DNA of 64,000 nucleotides. Origin: Cyanidioschyzon merolae (Eukaryota). Location: NCBI GenBank assembly GCA_000091205.1, contig AP006501.2, one strand, 5' to 3'. A program made the position numbers and the translations under genes. The notes beneath the pieces were generated by a model. That model did not search any database. It was given only the letters and a program-made list of their open reading frames with translations, and was not told the DNA's origin. Below, one piece after another: positions 20,713 to 32,800 of the stretch (its first letter is position 1; each line of letters opens with the position of its first letter).

Positions 20713-23599
20713 GTATGTCGCGGTGTAAGGTTCGCGGAAACGCGAGCCTGAGGCAGTCGGTATCCGCCGTCGAAGAGTTGGGTCCAAGCTTATGTGCGAT
20801 ACCTGCAGGTTCTGTGAGAAACTTCCTCCAACGCTTGTTTGTGTTTCTATAGCATCGGAGCTGCGAACCAGAGTCCAATGGATATGTGGATGCTATCTAT
20901 ACCCAGAGGGAGGTTTCCGATGTTCCGCAGACGCCTCCGGAACGCACCTACCCGTAGAACAATCGTCTTCTCGAGGGGTGCGCGTTGAACGAACTGGCAA
21001 CCGTCCCTGCGCCGAGCCTAACACCGGCTCTTGAAGCGGTGCTAAAAACTGCCTCCAAGTACCTGGTGCCGTCACCTGGGAAGTAGCACGGCGAGCAATG
21101 CTCTTAGCCGCCACTATCACAAGAGGAGCGCACTTGATACTGCTAGGTTTTGTGCGTGCACGAGCCAGTTGTCACAGCAAACTGCATACGTTTATGCGGT
21201 ACCCCGTCTGAAGAAGCCCTGCAAGATAGCTCTGGGTTCAGATGCCTATCGCCGAGGTCCTCCACATGCAGTAAAGCTGATTCGGATAGAAATCAGCCCG
21301 TGCTACGCCCGTGGCGGTTTGAAATAGAAGCAGCTCCATCTTGTGCACCTGGACCTAATCGCTAAACTTTCGGTCTCTTCCCAGCGTCACAAACAGCAGC
21401 CCCTGCGAGCGTTGGCTGCGACTGCATCCTTTTCCTCTTTCTCGTATTCGGCACGAAAGACGTCGGCCAATCTTTTGCCTCAAGGTGCATTGCCAGCAGT
21501 CGAAGGGCCGTGATAGCAGCATTCAAGTGTCAATTTCGTAGCTTCCCGCGGTTGTCTACACATCTGAAATGCAAGCGGATATTGCGCTTGACGAATCTTT
21601 GTCGTAGGCAGCCGAGGAACGCCCCTCGCAAAGGGTAACACTCGACTGTGGTCAGGCGCTCCTAAATATCCATCGAACCTCTTGATGTTCCGATTACCGC
21701 CCAGTTTTGCACGTAAACGGTTGGTTCATCGCCGGATACATGCCTTGGGCTGCTACAGATGGCTCTCAGCGATGCTCTCCTCGGTATTCGGGCACGCTGT
21801 CGTGTCCTTCGATCATGGGCTTCTTCTAAGTGGTCCCCAAGGTGCTGTCGCTGTCTGTTGTACAAGAAAGCGAACGGAGCCTCATTGAATACAGGATTTG
21901 TGGCACGGCACCTTGTTCATCATGGACCAAGTACCGGATGGTTAAATATATTTTTCGGAGAACAAGTTTACAAATTTCGATGCTTCTACGCAGCCTCTAC
22001 CCACGGCTGTGACGCATTTTTCTCCAGAAGCAATCGTAGTGATCACTGAGGGCAGAGTGCAAGACCCTTTTGCATGCAAACAAAAGAGACGATATCGTCT
22101 GGAAGTATATCTTGTGACAGGTATCGAGTTGCGGTCGACAACTGTTTCTTGAATGCACACAAAGAGAGAAGGGTTTCTTTTTAGAACGAACTCTACTATT
22201 TGAGGTGAAAGGTTCAGCGAACTTTCAACAAGATCTTGCGAGCAAGACTTCAAAGGACGAAGTCGAGTACTTTTCATTATATATCCAGCGACGTGAATCG
22301 CTCCACCGGAGAGTTGCCCTGAGACAGGAGGATCCAAAACTTGAGCGATACGTGATCGAATACGCAGCAAAATAGGGAAAGGAGAAACGCACAGGCTGTA
22401 AGAATGAAATCGGACCATGATAATAGCGGTTACACGAACTCTTGTTTGCGAGCATCGCAAATCATCTTGCTAATGACGGTGACGTAACGAAATCCAACGC
22501 AAACGCGTCGAATGAGCCAACCAGAAAAGTGCGGCGGAGAATCCTGAAACCATACATGAATCCATACGCCCCTCTCCCTCCAGTTCGATTTTCGAGGCTT
22601 TGCATCACAGAAAATAACTCAGGGGAGACTCGAAACGCAGGAACAGAACGACAAGCTGAGTGTTCTATTCTCGTCCGACGCAGGTGGTACCACGTGCATG
22701 AAGCACACAGGTCGGAAGCTGTCGCTTCATGGACAAGTGCCCGTGAATGCGCCAAGAGGTTTTGCCACGCACGTACAAATATATTTTTATCGTATGGAAT
22801 TCAGCACCAGTAGTTCCGCATCAGCACACATAACGCTGGCCAATGTTTCCGAAATGTGTCTATACCACTGCATTGAGCAACACCAAGCCTTCTCTCTGGG
22901 TTCATCCATGCTCAGTGCCAATTCAATACTCTGGGAAAGAAAGTCTGGGCTCGCTTCAGCCAGAGCACAACTGGCGATCACCGGTCGGATATCCTAGCTT
23001 CAGTTGCGCGTGACGCCACCTGCCGGGGCACTCGCCAAACATGGCTACCTAGTGCACCCTCTTGCAGCAAATGCTCATCACACTTTGATGTATTCGCAAA
23101 ATACCTCGTTCATAGCCTCGCTTCGCATAGAATGTCGGTCTTGGTCGCTGCCGGCGTTTAGCCTACTGAAATGTTTGCAGTATCGCCTGAGGCTCGGATC
23201 GACCAGGGCGCCTACCTTCCGTTCGGATACATTCCCGCGAAACGGATACGCACGCGGGGCCAGCACATGGTACACCTCTTCATTGGTGGATGACAAGCAA
23301 AAGCCCCGATCGCCAACCGACCATGCATTCCACACAGACACTTTTGTAAAGGAGTGATGCGGCGTGCAGCGCTCTTCCGAACAGCCACCTGTGTGCCACG
23401 CGCCGTGCCGCAACGGTACGCCTACCGACGTGCAGACGCTCCGAGTATAAGCCAGCGAACACGAGTCCCGATTCTGCGTCTGATGAATGACACCTCAACT
23501 GGCCGCCCCCAAAGATATTTTGAAGTGCCAATATATCTCCGTGTTGTGTCTGCGCATCGACGCTACAACTATGATTATCACGGACATTTACGGGCGACA

Positions 23600-24392
23600 C
23601 GACGCACGGTGCAACGTACGCAGTGATAGGTTTGTACAACGGAAATTATGGACCTTGGAACCTGTACGTAGGGTGACGAGCGATGGATGCTAACCAGCAT
23701 ACCGGTCTCCGTGCCACTATGAAGCATTCGTGGTTACGATAAACATCCTATCAAATAAAACAAGAACTTGAATAGAGCGAATCAGCGACGTACTGCACAA
23801 ACACGACGTTTGGAGCGGCAGATACGACGGAAATTATGGACCTTGGAACCTGTACGTAGGGTGACGAGCGATGGATGCTATCCAGCATACAGGTCCCCGT
23901 GCCACTATGAAGCATTCGTGGTTACGATAAACATCCTATCAAATAAAACAAGAACTTGAATAGAGCGAATCAGCGACGTACTGCACAAACACGACGTTTG
24001 GAGCGGCAGATACGACGGAAATTATGGACCTCGGAACCTGTACGTAGGGTGACGAGCGATGGATGCTATCCAGCATACAGGTCCCCGTGCCACTATGAAG
24101 CATTCGTGGTTACGATAAACATCCTATCAAATAAAACAAGAACTTGAATAGAGCGAATCAGCGACGTACTGCACAAACACGACGTTTGGAGCGGCAGATA
24201 CGACGGAAATTATGGACCTTGGAACCTGTACGTAGGGTGACGAGCGATGGATGCTATCCAGCATACCGGTCTCCGTGCCACTATGAAGCATTCGTGGTTA
24301 CGATAAACATTCTATCAAATAAAACAAGAACTTGAATAGAGCGAATCAGCGACGTACTGCACAAACACGACGTTTGGAGCGGCAGATACGAC
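23600..24392. repeat. 188-bp tandem repeat, 4 full copies
   Basis: The unit (…cggaaattatggaccttggaacctgtacgtagggtgacgagcgatggatgctatccagcatacaggtccccgtgccactatgaagcattcgtggttacgataaacatcctatcaaataaaacaagaacttgaatagagcgaatcagcgacgtactgcacaaacacgacgtttggagcggcagatacga) repeats with period 188. Unit starts are at 23640, 23828, 24016 and 24204. It generates the identical 63-aa ORFs at 23768, 23956, 24144 and 24332. The array ends ~100 bp before the lunapark-like gene ATG. Confidence 0.85.
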
Positions 24393-24473
24393 GCGCCATT
24401 GGAGACGCATATCTGGAGCGTTCGCGGTATCGCTTGCGCTGCGCAGGCTGTGGGAAACTGCTTGTACTTGCCC

Positions 24474-25784
24474 ATGGGTTTTCTATGGTGGTTGGGTATG
24501 GGATCAAGTCGTGAACCGCGCGAGAGTCGCCGACTAGCGCGTCTCGAGAAGCGCATATCGGTTCTCAGTGGTCGACTCGAGGCTTGGCGACGACGGAAAG
24601 AGCGAACGCTAGCCGCCTTCCGCCTTTACGCCTTCTTCTTTGTGTGCATCTGGACTGCTTACGCCTTTACTTTCAATGACTTGTTGTTTCTGGGGGCATT
24701 TGCGAATAGCAGGCTCAGGGCTGTTCTCGTGCTGTCGACGAGTGGTGGTGCATACCTCTTTTTGTACAAGATCGCTTCGCTCTGGTATCGTTGGCGCATC
24801 GAGTCCGCCGAGGAGAGACTTGCCAAGTATCGGGAAGAAAAGGCCGAGCTTTTAGAACAGCTGAAAGAAAGCACCCGGTTCTACGAGACAATAAAGCTGC
24901 TGGAGAAGTACGGTGGTGTACCGGACGCGCTTCGCCCGATCAGCAGCGCGGAAGAGTCGAGGGCAGCGTCTCCAACGGCAACATCTGGCACACCTGGAGC
25001 AGTGCGGGCACCTGGAGAGCAAGAAACAGCTTCCAGCTCGGGCGTTGCATCACCTAGCGCAGGCACGAGTGGTTCTCCGAGAAGCTCTACAATTGCCCGC
25101 TTGACCAACCGCGTCGTTGATGTCCTAACCAAGGACGAAGAGGACTGGGATGAGCCCCAGACTGCCCGTGAAGCGTTCCTTATAGGACGCCTGCGCGAAA
25201 TGCGGGAAGCGCTCACACGTGAGCACAGCCAGCGTCTTCAGCTGCAACGTGCCCTCGAGAGCCTCGAACGGCAGCTGTGCGACTTACGGTCGCCGTCACA
25301 TCCAGAGCCTGCAGCATGCCCTTCGGATCCTTCTAATCTGGAAAACAGGCGGATACCAGAGAACAATCCCGAGACTTCTGGCAGAGGTGTGAAGGCGGCA
25401 GCAGTCACCCTGTCCACGAGCAAGGCTGGTTCTCTTCATATGGAGGACGCGGGCGTGTCACCGATCACTGGTCATGGACAGCGACGTGGCGTCTTGAATA
25501 ATTCCCCAACTGAGCCGGTGTCGCGAGCACAGCTCAACGACGAACCCATGGATTCAGTATTGAGCTCCAGCGTGGATAGGTCAGCCCTGTCGCTGCACAA
25601 ATCGAACGAGGATGAATCCGAAATCTGTGCACAGCGCAGCGGGCATCCACGGCAACCCAGCACTGAGCAGAGCGGTACTCCCATTGGGCACGGCCCATCG
25701 AGCGGATCGCGGAACGAGTCGCCTCTGCAGACGATGCAAAAGCTCCGCCGCCAGCGCCTAAACCCTTCTCGTACAGAGCGCTAA
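24474..25784 (+). CDS. lunapark-like membrane protein (N-terminal Gly2, coiled coil–TM–TM–coiled coil), no zinc finger detected
   Basis: Candidate starts are MGFLWW at 24474 and MGSSREP at 24498. The architecture is RLARLEKRISVLSGRLEAWRRRKER (coiled coil), then two hydrophobic helices (LYAFFFVCIWTAYAF / AVLVLSTSGGAYLFLY), then a second coiled coil (ERLAKYREEKAELLEQLKESTRFYETIKLLEKYG). This mirrors Lnp1/lunapark. The Cys4 zinc finger expected downstream is absent, so the call is tentative. Confidence 0.35.
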   Translation: MGFLWWLGMGSSREPRESRRLARLEKRISVLSGRLEAWRRRKERTLAAFRLYAFFFVCIWTAYAFTFNDLLFLGAFANSRLRAVLVLSTSGGAYLFLYKIASLWYRWRIESAEERLAKYREEKAELLEQLKESTRFYETIKLLEKYGGVPDALRPISSAEESRAASPTATSGTPGAVRAPGEQETASSSGVASPSAGTSGSPRSSTIARLTNRVVDVLTKDEEDWDEPQTAREAFLIGRLREMREALTREHSQRLQLQRALESLERQLCDLRSPSHPEPAACPSDPSNLENRRIPENNPETSGRGVKAAAVTLSTSKAGSLHMEDAGVSPITGHGQRRGVLNNSPTEPVSRAQLNDEPMDSVLSSSVDRSALSLHKSNEDESEICAQRSGHPRQPSTEQSGTPIGHGPSSGSRNESPLQTMQKLRRQRLNPSRTER

Positions 25785-27144
25785 ATGAATCGGAAAACGC
25801 ATCTTGGTGCCCTGGTTGGTGCAAGCACCTCTGGATATGGACTCGAATCGCTGACCAATGTCAGGGCTGCGATCATTCCGCGTCTACACGGGCAGCGAAC
25901 GAGATGCGTTGTCCAGGTGGTGGTGTATAAGATGCCGCCAACGTAAATTGTCGGAGTGCCCAGGGATCGTTGTATTCCTGATCAAGTGTGCTCGACCGGC
26001 CAGTTGGATGGCGCTGCGCTCACTTGGCGAATCTCCCAACTCTTTGGAGGGGATACGTTGCCGGTCGCCTGTTCGGATGTGGGGCGTTCATTCGCAGGTG
26101 GCCGGCTAGAGAAGCATCGCGGAGGTTCCCCAGATCGACGTGCGGCGCTCGATGACGCTTTCATAGACTGAATGTGGGCTGGGACCTGCCCCGCAACAAC
26201 GACTCTATTTGCGGCACTTGGCCAGTTCGTCCAGGAGAATGCGTCATTTGGCCGTCCTACTTGGAAAGACTCCTAGTCGTGTGCATCGCGGGTTTTCCCA
26301 ACCACGGGAAACAACCCAAGCGCTCCATCGAAAATGCTTTGGAATAAAATTTGAACCACGACATGCACACGAACATTCGCAGCGCATACCAGATTTCCCA
26401 GCAACAGCGTGACATAAAGTGGGCAACTGCGTATGCTGCTAGCGTTCGTTCCTCATATATTCAGATAGCAGCAGCAAAGAAAGGAGACCAACGCGTATGC
26501 TGCCGCTCAAGCACCGATACAGTGTCCACCACAACATGCACGAGGGACCAATCTTCCTGTCTGAGCGGGTTACAGTACTGCGAAAGTGCGGGAGCATCCA
26601 AGGACAGGCGACTGCTGGTTTGTTGTCTTGCTCACGAGTGGTCCCGCTTAGCGTCAGCAGCATCGACAGTGGCACACCCACCGATGTGGCAATACGTCGC
26701 TGGTAGCACTCTGTTCATTCGCGTGCACGGCTGGGAATCGGTAGAAACTGTGGTTGCAGGCGTGGTATCCGGGGATCTCAACATGCAGCTTGTCGTATCC
26801 AGCCCCATATCGTCACTCCTGGAACGAGGTGATGCCTGTGTGCATACAGAGTCATTCACGAAACCTTGCAACGCCACCGAAGCGCTGCTGTAGAGACGTG
26901 TCTGCCTCATGATACGGAAAATAATCGTGCGCGTATACTTTTCCAATATACTGAGCACATTTCCCGTTAGCACAGACAAGTTCGATGGACGGGTATGACA
27001 GTGCGTGCTTTTGTTTCCATTTGGTCGTTGCAAATCACCCGTTAGCATAGACTAGGTCGATATACAAGCGCGAACGTACGTACCTTCGTTTCCATGTGTT
27101 GTTCACACATCTCTTGTTTGCCTAGACTAGGTTCTTTCGTCGAG

Positions 27145-28641
27145 TCAGTGGGGTACTGCACCAGTGGGATCCGGCGGATTCGACTCTTGTCTATCGTATT
27201 GATGAAAGGCGCCCTCTCCGATGAGCTTTTGCGCAAACAGATGATCATAGATACGATACGCTTTCTTGTCGTCAATACCGAGCAACAGGCGTACATCTTT
27301 TCGACGGACAGCGCCTGTGCGAGCGTTCTCGCGCAAGAGGATCTCTTTGCACACCAGGTACTGGTGCGGCGAAAGTCGCAGACCAGCACAGAGCTCGGTC
27401 TCACTCCTTGTCAAGAGTTCGATGCCATCCGTACAAAAGAGCTCTGGTCCAGACTGGCGTCGGAGACTGCTCACTTGCCCATTCCAGTACGCATACAGAT
27501 CAATGCCGTTCACTTTCAGCACGCGTTCACGAATTTGCTCGGCATCCGGTCCCGTGAGCGCACCATGTACTCGCTGCAGCAGTTCTTCTGAAGGCAACAG
27601 TCGACGACCGACCCCTGGGGTAAGTTTTGAAACGTCCACAAACGCTGCTGCCGCTGCCAGCTGCGTCGCCTGCAACTGCACTCGAGCTTGATAGAGCGCT
27701 TCGATGCGCTCTCGCAAATGGCGTTCACGAAGCATCCCTAACAGAAGATCTTCGTGAATTTGAGGGTTGAGCGAATGCCGAAAAAATGGTTTCGAGTGCT
27801 CCCAGAGGTCACGCAGATCTGGACTCATGGCTTTCTCTACACGACTCTTAGCCTTCAGGTCACAGAAACCAGAACCCAGGGCGAAGCGTTTGCGCTCGAC
27901 CCGCTCATCGAGGCAGTGATTGTAGATCTCCATGACGCGGGTCTTGAGTTCAACGTCACGAGCGTTTTCCGTGCGTTCGATTTCCATGTCTGCCACGATT
28001 TCCTCCCTTTCGTTATCCCATTCGTAGATAAAGTCACCACGCTTCGGCATGTATCCCGACATTTCATCAATGGTGTACTCGTGCATCACTTTGAGACTTT
28101 TCGGGTCTGGCTCGGGTAGCTCTTGAATTTCTTGGGTAGCAGGTCGCGGCAGCAATGTTGGACGAAAGATATCCGCGATTCCTGTTGGTGTGGCCTCCAG
28201 GTAAACACGCGTATAATGCAGTTCTGCGTAGCGTGCATTCTTGCCGCCTCCGATCATGGTCGAAACATCGGACCAGTTGCCGATGCCGTAGTATTCGAGC
28301 GCTTCGAGGAGACGTTCCTCCTCAGCACCCGTCCAGCTCTCTTCGAAAACGTCCACATCTACGACCTCCAAAACTCGGTAATCGTGATTGGAACGATGAT
28401 CATCAGTTTCTGCTCCGATGGAGAAACAGTCAATACAGAGGTCGTACTCGACGCAGACCGCACATCGAATGCGGACGGTGTCTGAGATATCCCGAGCGCA
28501 GTTGTTACAGTGGTATCTGCCTGAAGTGCTCGTTACCGGTTGTTTGGATGACTTGCGAGCACCTCCGCGACGTTTTCGGGAGCGTTTCACATCGATATCC
28601 GCAACGTCACTGCTAGCAGAGTGCCCTGCAGTGGAGTCCAT
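27145..28641 (-). CDS. ADA2: transcriptional adaptor ADA2 (ZZ zinc finger + SANT + SWIRM)
   Basis: The start is an ATG. A ZZ finger YHCNNCARDISDTVRIRCAVCVEYDLCIDCFSIGAETDDHRSNHDYRVL is present. The SANT domain is WTGAEEERLLEALEYYGIGNWSDVSTMIGG. A C-terminal SWIRM-like segment is LLTRSETELCAGLRLSPHQYLVCKEILL. Confidence 0.85.
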   Translation of the reverse strand: MDSTAGHSASSDVADIDVKRSRKRRGGARKSSKQPVTSTSGRYHCNNCARDISDTVRIRCAVCVEYDLCIDCFSIGAETDDHRSNHDYRVLEVVDVDVFEESWTGAEEERLLEALEYYGIGNWSDVSTMIGGGKNARYAELHYTRVYLEATPTGIADIFRPTLLPRPATQEIQELPEPDPKSLKVMHEYTIDEMSGYMPKRGDFIYEWDNEREEIVADMEIERTENARDVELKTRVMEIYNHCLDERVERKRFALGSGFCDLKAKSRVEKAMSPDLRDLWEHSKPFFRHSLNPQIHEDLLLGMLRERHLRERIEALYQARVQLQATQLAAAAAFVDVSKLTPGVGRRLLPSEELLQRVHGALTGPDAEQIRERVLKVNGIDLYAYWNGQVSSLRRQSGPELFCTDGIELLTRSETELCAGLRLSPHQYLVCKEILLRENARTGAVRRKDVRLLLGIDDKKAYRIYDHLFAQKLIGEGAFHQYDRQESNPPDPTGAVPH

Positions 28642-29890
28642 TGGTGAACGTGGCGCCTGTAGCCGTGCTCTAGTATGTACTGAATCACAACGCTAGAGCG
28701 GAACACTAGATAAAACTGTACAAGCGCTAACAGCGCTAAAAAGGCAGCCGCTAGCGTCCGTGAAACGCTCGGTGGTCTTCACCACCAGACGGGAAACGAG
28801 TGCCTCGTTGTTACAACGGACACCTCGTTCACAAAACGCTCAGTCGAAACAGCAGAGACGCGCGCTTTCCCACCGAATACGATGAAGTCAGAAAAGGTCG
28901 CTCAGTCTCGCTATGGAGTCAGCGGCACACAGCGTAACAACGTCCACACCGCCGAGTACTCCCAGCTGGTGCGCTAACTGTGGGTGTACCCGCTGCTAGC
29001 AGGTGCCTCCCAGGCTCTCTAGAGACCTCGTGAGTTTCTTTCCGAGAAGCGTCGCTCAGCTCAGTCCTGTTCTGTGCACGGAACGTATTGGGTCGCGGTT
29101 GCCGCTGTCTGAAACCTAGCCAAAGCGCACCACCTTGAACTTTGACCCTTTTCGTGCCTAGGGGTCGTCCACAGGTAGGCACTGTTGTGGCGTGTTCGCC
29201 GCAGAGTTTTCCACGTTTTGGCTTTTATTGGCAAAGCGGAACGAGTTTCGTTGAGTTTGCGTTCCTGAGGCAGGTACGCTCAGGTTCTGTACCAGAATTA
29301 AGAGAATCAGGGGAATACCTATAGGAACTGCACAATATTAGATGCATACCCGCCTCCAGGCGTTATGATCTTGTAGAGCTATTCGAAGGTGGAAAACGTG
29401 TACGCTCCTTACGAAACACGTGTTTCGTTGCCAAGACTCTTCTAAGGAATAGGTGACTGCGATCAGCAATAACGCTAACGAAAAGGCGTGTGGCTCGAGT
29501 TAACCAAGATCAGCAAGCGTCCTTTTCACGGAGTAGGTGCGTGCTATTACCAGCAACGTTAACTAAAAGGCGTGTGCTCAGGTTTTGCAACGGGAAACGC
29601 GTTGCCTTTCCCGGGAACTTCGAGAACGCGCTCAATAACGTCTGAGGAAAGCACATTCGTTTCTGCGGGAGAAGCGTCACACTTACGTCGTTCTCGTTTC
29701 CGTCGGTGCCAGAACAGAGAGGAACCTCGTGAAACGAGATCGGCTTCCTATTCATACTCAAAAGCTCTGGTCCCGTGTACACATACGAGGGCTCAAGCAG
29801 CTCACCAAGGCGTCTCTCTGGACCGCTCAACGTGCGACGGCCTCCGCACTGCCTGCGTTGCCACCAGCACTCAACATCTGTAACGGTGCC

Positions 29891-32800
29891 ATGTGCCCAG
29901 AGACAGCTACGCCTCCGCAGGACGCCACTGCTGCGGCCGCATCGGAGACCTCGGGACCCCGAACGGGCTGCTGCTCCACAAGCCTGCAACATATGCCGCC
30001 CGGGCAGCAGCATGATACATATCTCTGTCGTTCGCAAATCATACCACTCCTGGAATGGATCGAGAGCGTCTCGGATTGTATGCTTGGAAACGCGAGTGGT
30101 AACCGCGTGGACGGCTGCTGCCCAAAGGCGACGGATGTGAACACCAGTCCCGCACCTAGAATACCTGATGCGAAAGGCGGGTATCAACGAATCAAAAGCA
30201 ATTCCTTGACATCAGAAGCGCTGTGCACGGCTCTCCATGCCCTGACAGAGGCTCGAACTCCAGCTGCCTTCCATGCCTGCACTCGACAAGCTTTTGGCAA
30301 GCTCATTGAAACCACGAGAGCGTATGTCGTAAGCGATACTCGTGAGGCGCCCGCGAACATGTTAGAACTTTTGCTCGATGTACTTTTGCTCACGGAGGTG
30401 GTTCTGTTTGGGAGCAATCTCATCTCCTCCTCGTTGCAGTGCACCTGGGTTACTTGGCTCGACCGGTGGCTCACCGTCTGGTTGGAACGCTGGGCCGCGG
30501 TACCGCGAAACACGGACGCTAGTGCTGCTGTGCGCCAGGTATACCAGCAAGCACGGTTGAGAGACGTGCTTTACGCATGCGAAACTGTCGCATCTGGTGC
30601 ATGTCAAACGGGAAAGAACCTAGCATTCGCTTTCGAGCGTTTGTCGTTACATCGAGCTGCTGGGGTAACCTCGCACGTATCGGGTACGGTGCATCAGGCA
30701 GGGTTGGTGACTCATGCCCTGTTGCATCCCGACTCCAAAACATCTCCGAGCGGCACGACGCTTCCGGGAAGCGCAGCGATGCTGGGTATCGAAAGCTGCC
30801 GCTCGTTATTGACGACTCAGGAGCCGCTTACGTCAAGCAGCAGCGGAGTCAGGCATTGTTCCACGGGCCGTGCTTCCGATTCGTGCTCGAATGCACACGA
30901 AGCACCAGCTACTAGAGCAGATGCGCACATGCTATTGCACGACGAGTTCCGGCAAGCCGAAGTTGACCTGGTTCGAGAATCCGCTGGCAACCATGCGGTA
31001 ATACCTGCTCCGAACGCGCTTACGTCCACCTTGAGCACGCAGCAATCTACCACGGACGACGCTCGGAGCGGCTTTGTCTCGACCTGTGCCGTAGGAGCAC
31101 TACCGCCGTCGTCGCCGACGTCGTCGTCGTCGTCGTCGACACCAACACCTCAACAGGAGGCGATATCCGCAGCGTGTGCTGCAGCACCAGCCGAGAGCGC
31201 TTGTGCACTGGATCATTCAACGCGAGCGAGTGCCTGGATGTGGCTTTTGGTTGTTCTTGGGCACCTGAGAGGCCCGCAGTCGACACCGTTTCCAATCGAA
31301 GATGATAGAAATGAGGCCGGTGTCTTGCTCTGGATGGCCTGCCTGGAACCGGTACAACTCCGCGGCCTCTACGCGCTCAGCAAGAGCAGCATCTTCCGCG
31401 ATGCTCTGCATCAGCATAAGAACTGGAATGAGTACGTTCCTCTACTGGTTCATGCCTCACTGCGGGAGTATGAAGCATTGCTCGCTGCGCGTTGTCGCCT
31501 AGAGCCATTCACAGTGGAGACAGCCATGGCCGAAGCTTCCACGCAGTGGAGGCTCCCTCCTGAGCTGTGCGATGACGTTGCTCGCTGTGCTTGTCGTCTT
31601 GCGAGTGAAGTGACTGGCCCAAGCAGCGTGCCGGTGCTTATGTCGCTGCTCTGTAACGAAACTGTGCCTCGAAGCGTCAGCTGGAACGCGGCAAAGTCCC
31701 TGGCGCTGCTCGACATTCGAGACGGCATAGCACCGTGGCATCGTCTGGAATGTCAGCGTCTGACTGCCTTCAGTCAGCTCGCTTATCTGCGGAGCAGGCT
31801 CGAGCATGACACCGAGGCTACACGAGAACTGCAAACAGGAACGGAGGAGGCCTCAGCGGTCTCTGCAGATTCGACAGAGGATCCCAGTGTACCAGGAAGG
31901 GCACTGGCTACTGTTGCCCGCGCTGCTGATCCTGCTGATGCTGGTGCTTCTTCAGAGGCGTTTTCCAGAAAGGAGCCGCAGCATTCCTGTTCCTGGCTCG
32001 CCAGTGCGGCACAGACGCTCGAGCGACTCCATCACGAGCATCCCACAGACCGTACGCTTCGCACGGTTGCAGCGGAAACACTTGCTTTGCTGGTAGAAAG
32101 AATTCCAGGTCAGCGATATGCCGAAGCGTTACTCCTGCGGCTGTTGATGGAGAGCACCGATCTTCCGGATCGCTTCTTTCAACAAAGCATTCAGAAAATG
32201 CATCGAGAGACGCTGGTGAGCGCCTGTACGTTGCCGATGCTCCAACAGATCTGGAGCAAATGCTGCAGCCTCATGCCCTGTCACTTTCGCTTCCTCCGTA
32301 TCATGGTCCAGGAAAACGGTGTCGATGCGATGCACGAAACTGCAGACGAGCTGCTGCAGCGGGCGCTCTTGGCATTGAATGACCATTCCATGATGTTGGT
32401 CAAGAGCGCTCTCGGCTTTCTGGAGGCTTGGTACCTCGCGGAGAAGCGTTTGCGAGCGAGAGGCGCGTCGATACCGACTTCGCGTCTTCTTGTCCGGATT
32501 GGTTGTTTCCTCCAGGAGTTTCTTGCTCGGAGTCCAGCGGAGCGCTATGTGTCCGCATCCAGACTGGGCGTCACGCTACTTCCGATGCTGCTGCGACACG
32601 GTGCTACCGTTCGGGAGCTCTGGGAGTGCCTCTGCGGGGCGCGTGACCCCAGAGAAGGCTCCCTGGAAACCACGACGGGCGCTCCACAGGTTTCTGGGAA
32701 GCACTGCGATTCTTCGGCTGATAGAACGCACGAGCACCAGCACCAGCATGAGCAAGTGCGGGAACGCTTCCATCGTGTCTTGGAAGGGAGCACGCTGCCG

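Noticed and set aside
20255-20728. 157-aa plus-strand ORF ending in a poly-Ala run
   Set aside because: The poly-Ala is simply the (CAG)n/(GCA)n microsatellite read in frame. The rest is low-complexity with no motif and overlaps the TrhO-fusion gene's 5' region antisense.
23768-24335. Four identical 63-aa ORFs (MNRANQRRTAQTRRLERQIRRKLW…)
   Set aside because: They are artefacts of the 188-bp tandem repeat. Identical spacing equals the repeat period.
26351-26893. 180-aa ORF in the lunapark/ADA2 convergent intergenic region
   Set aside because: It has no recognisable domain and its start is uncertain. It lies where 3' UTRs of two convergent genes are expected and is adjacent to a degenerate ~60-bp repeat (26.94–27.12 kb). 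Support is insufficient to call a gene.
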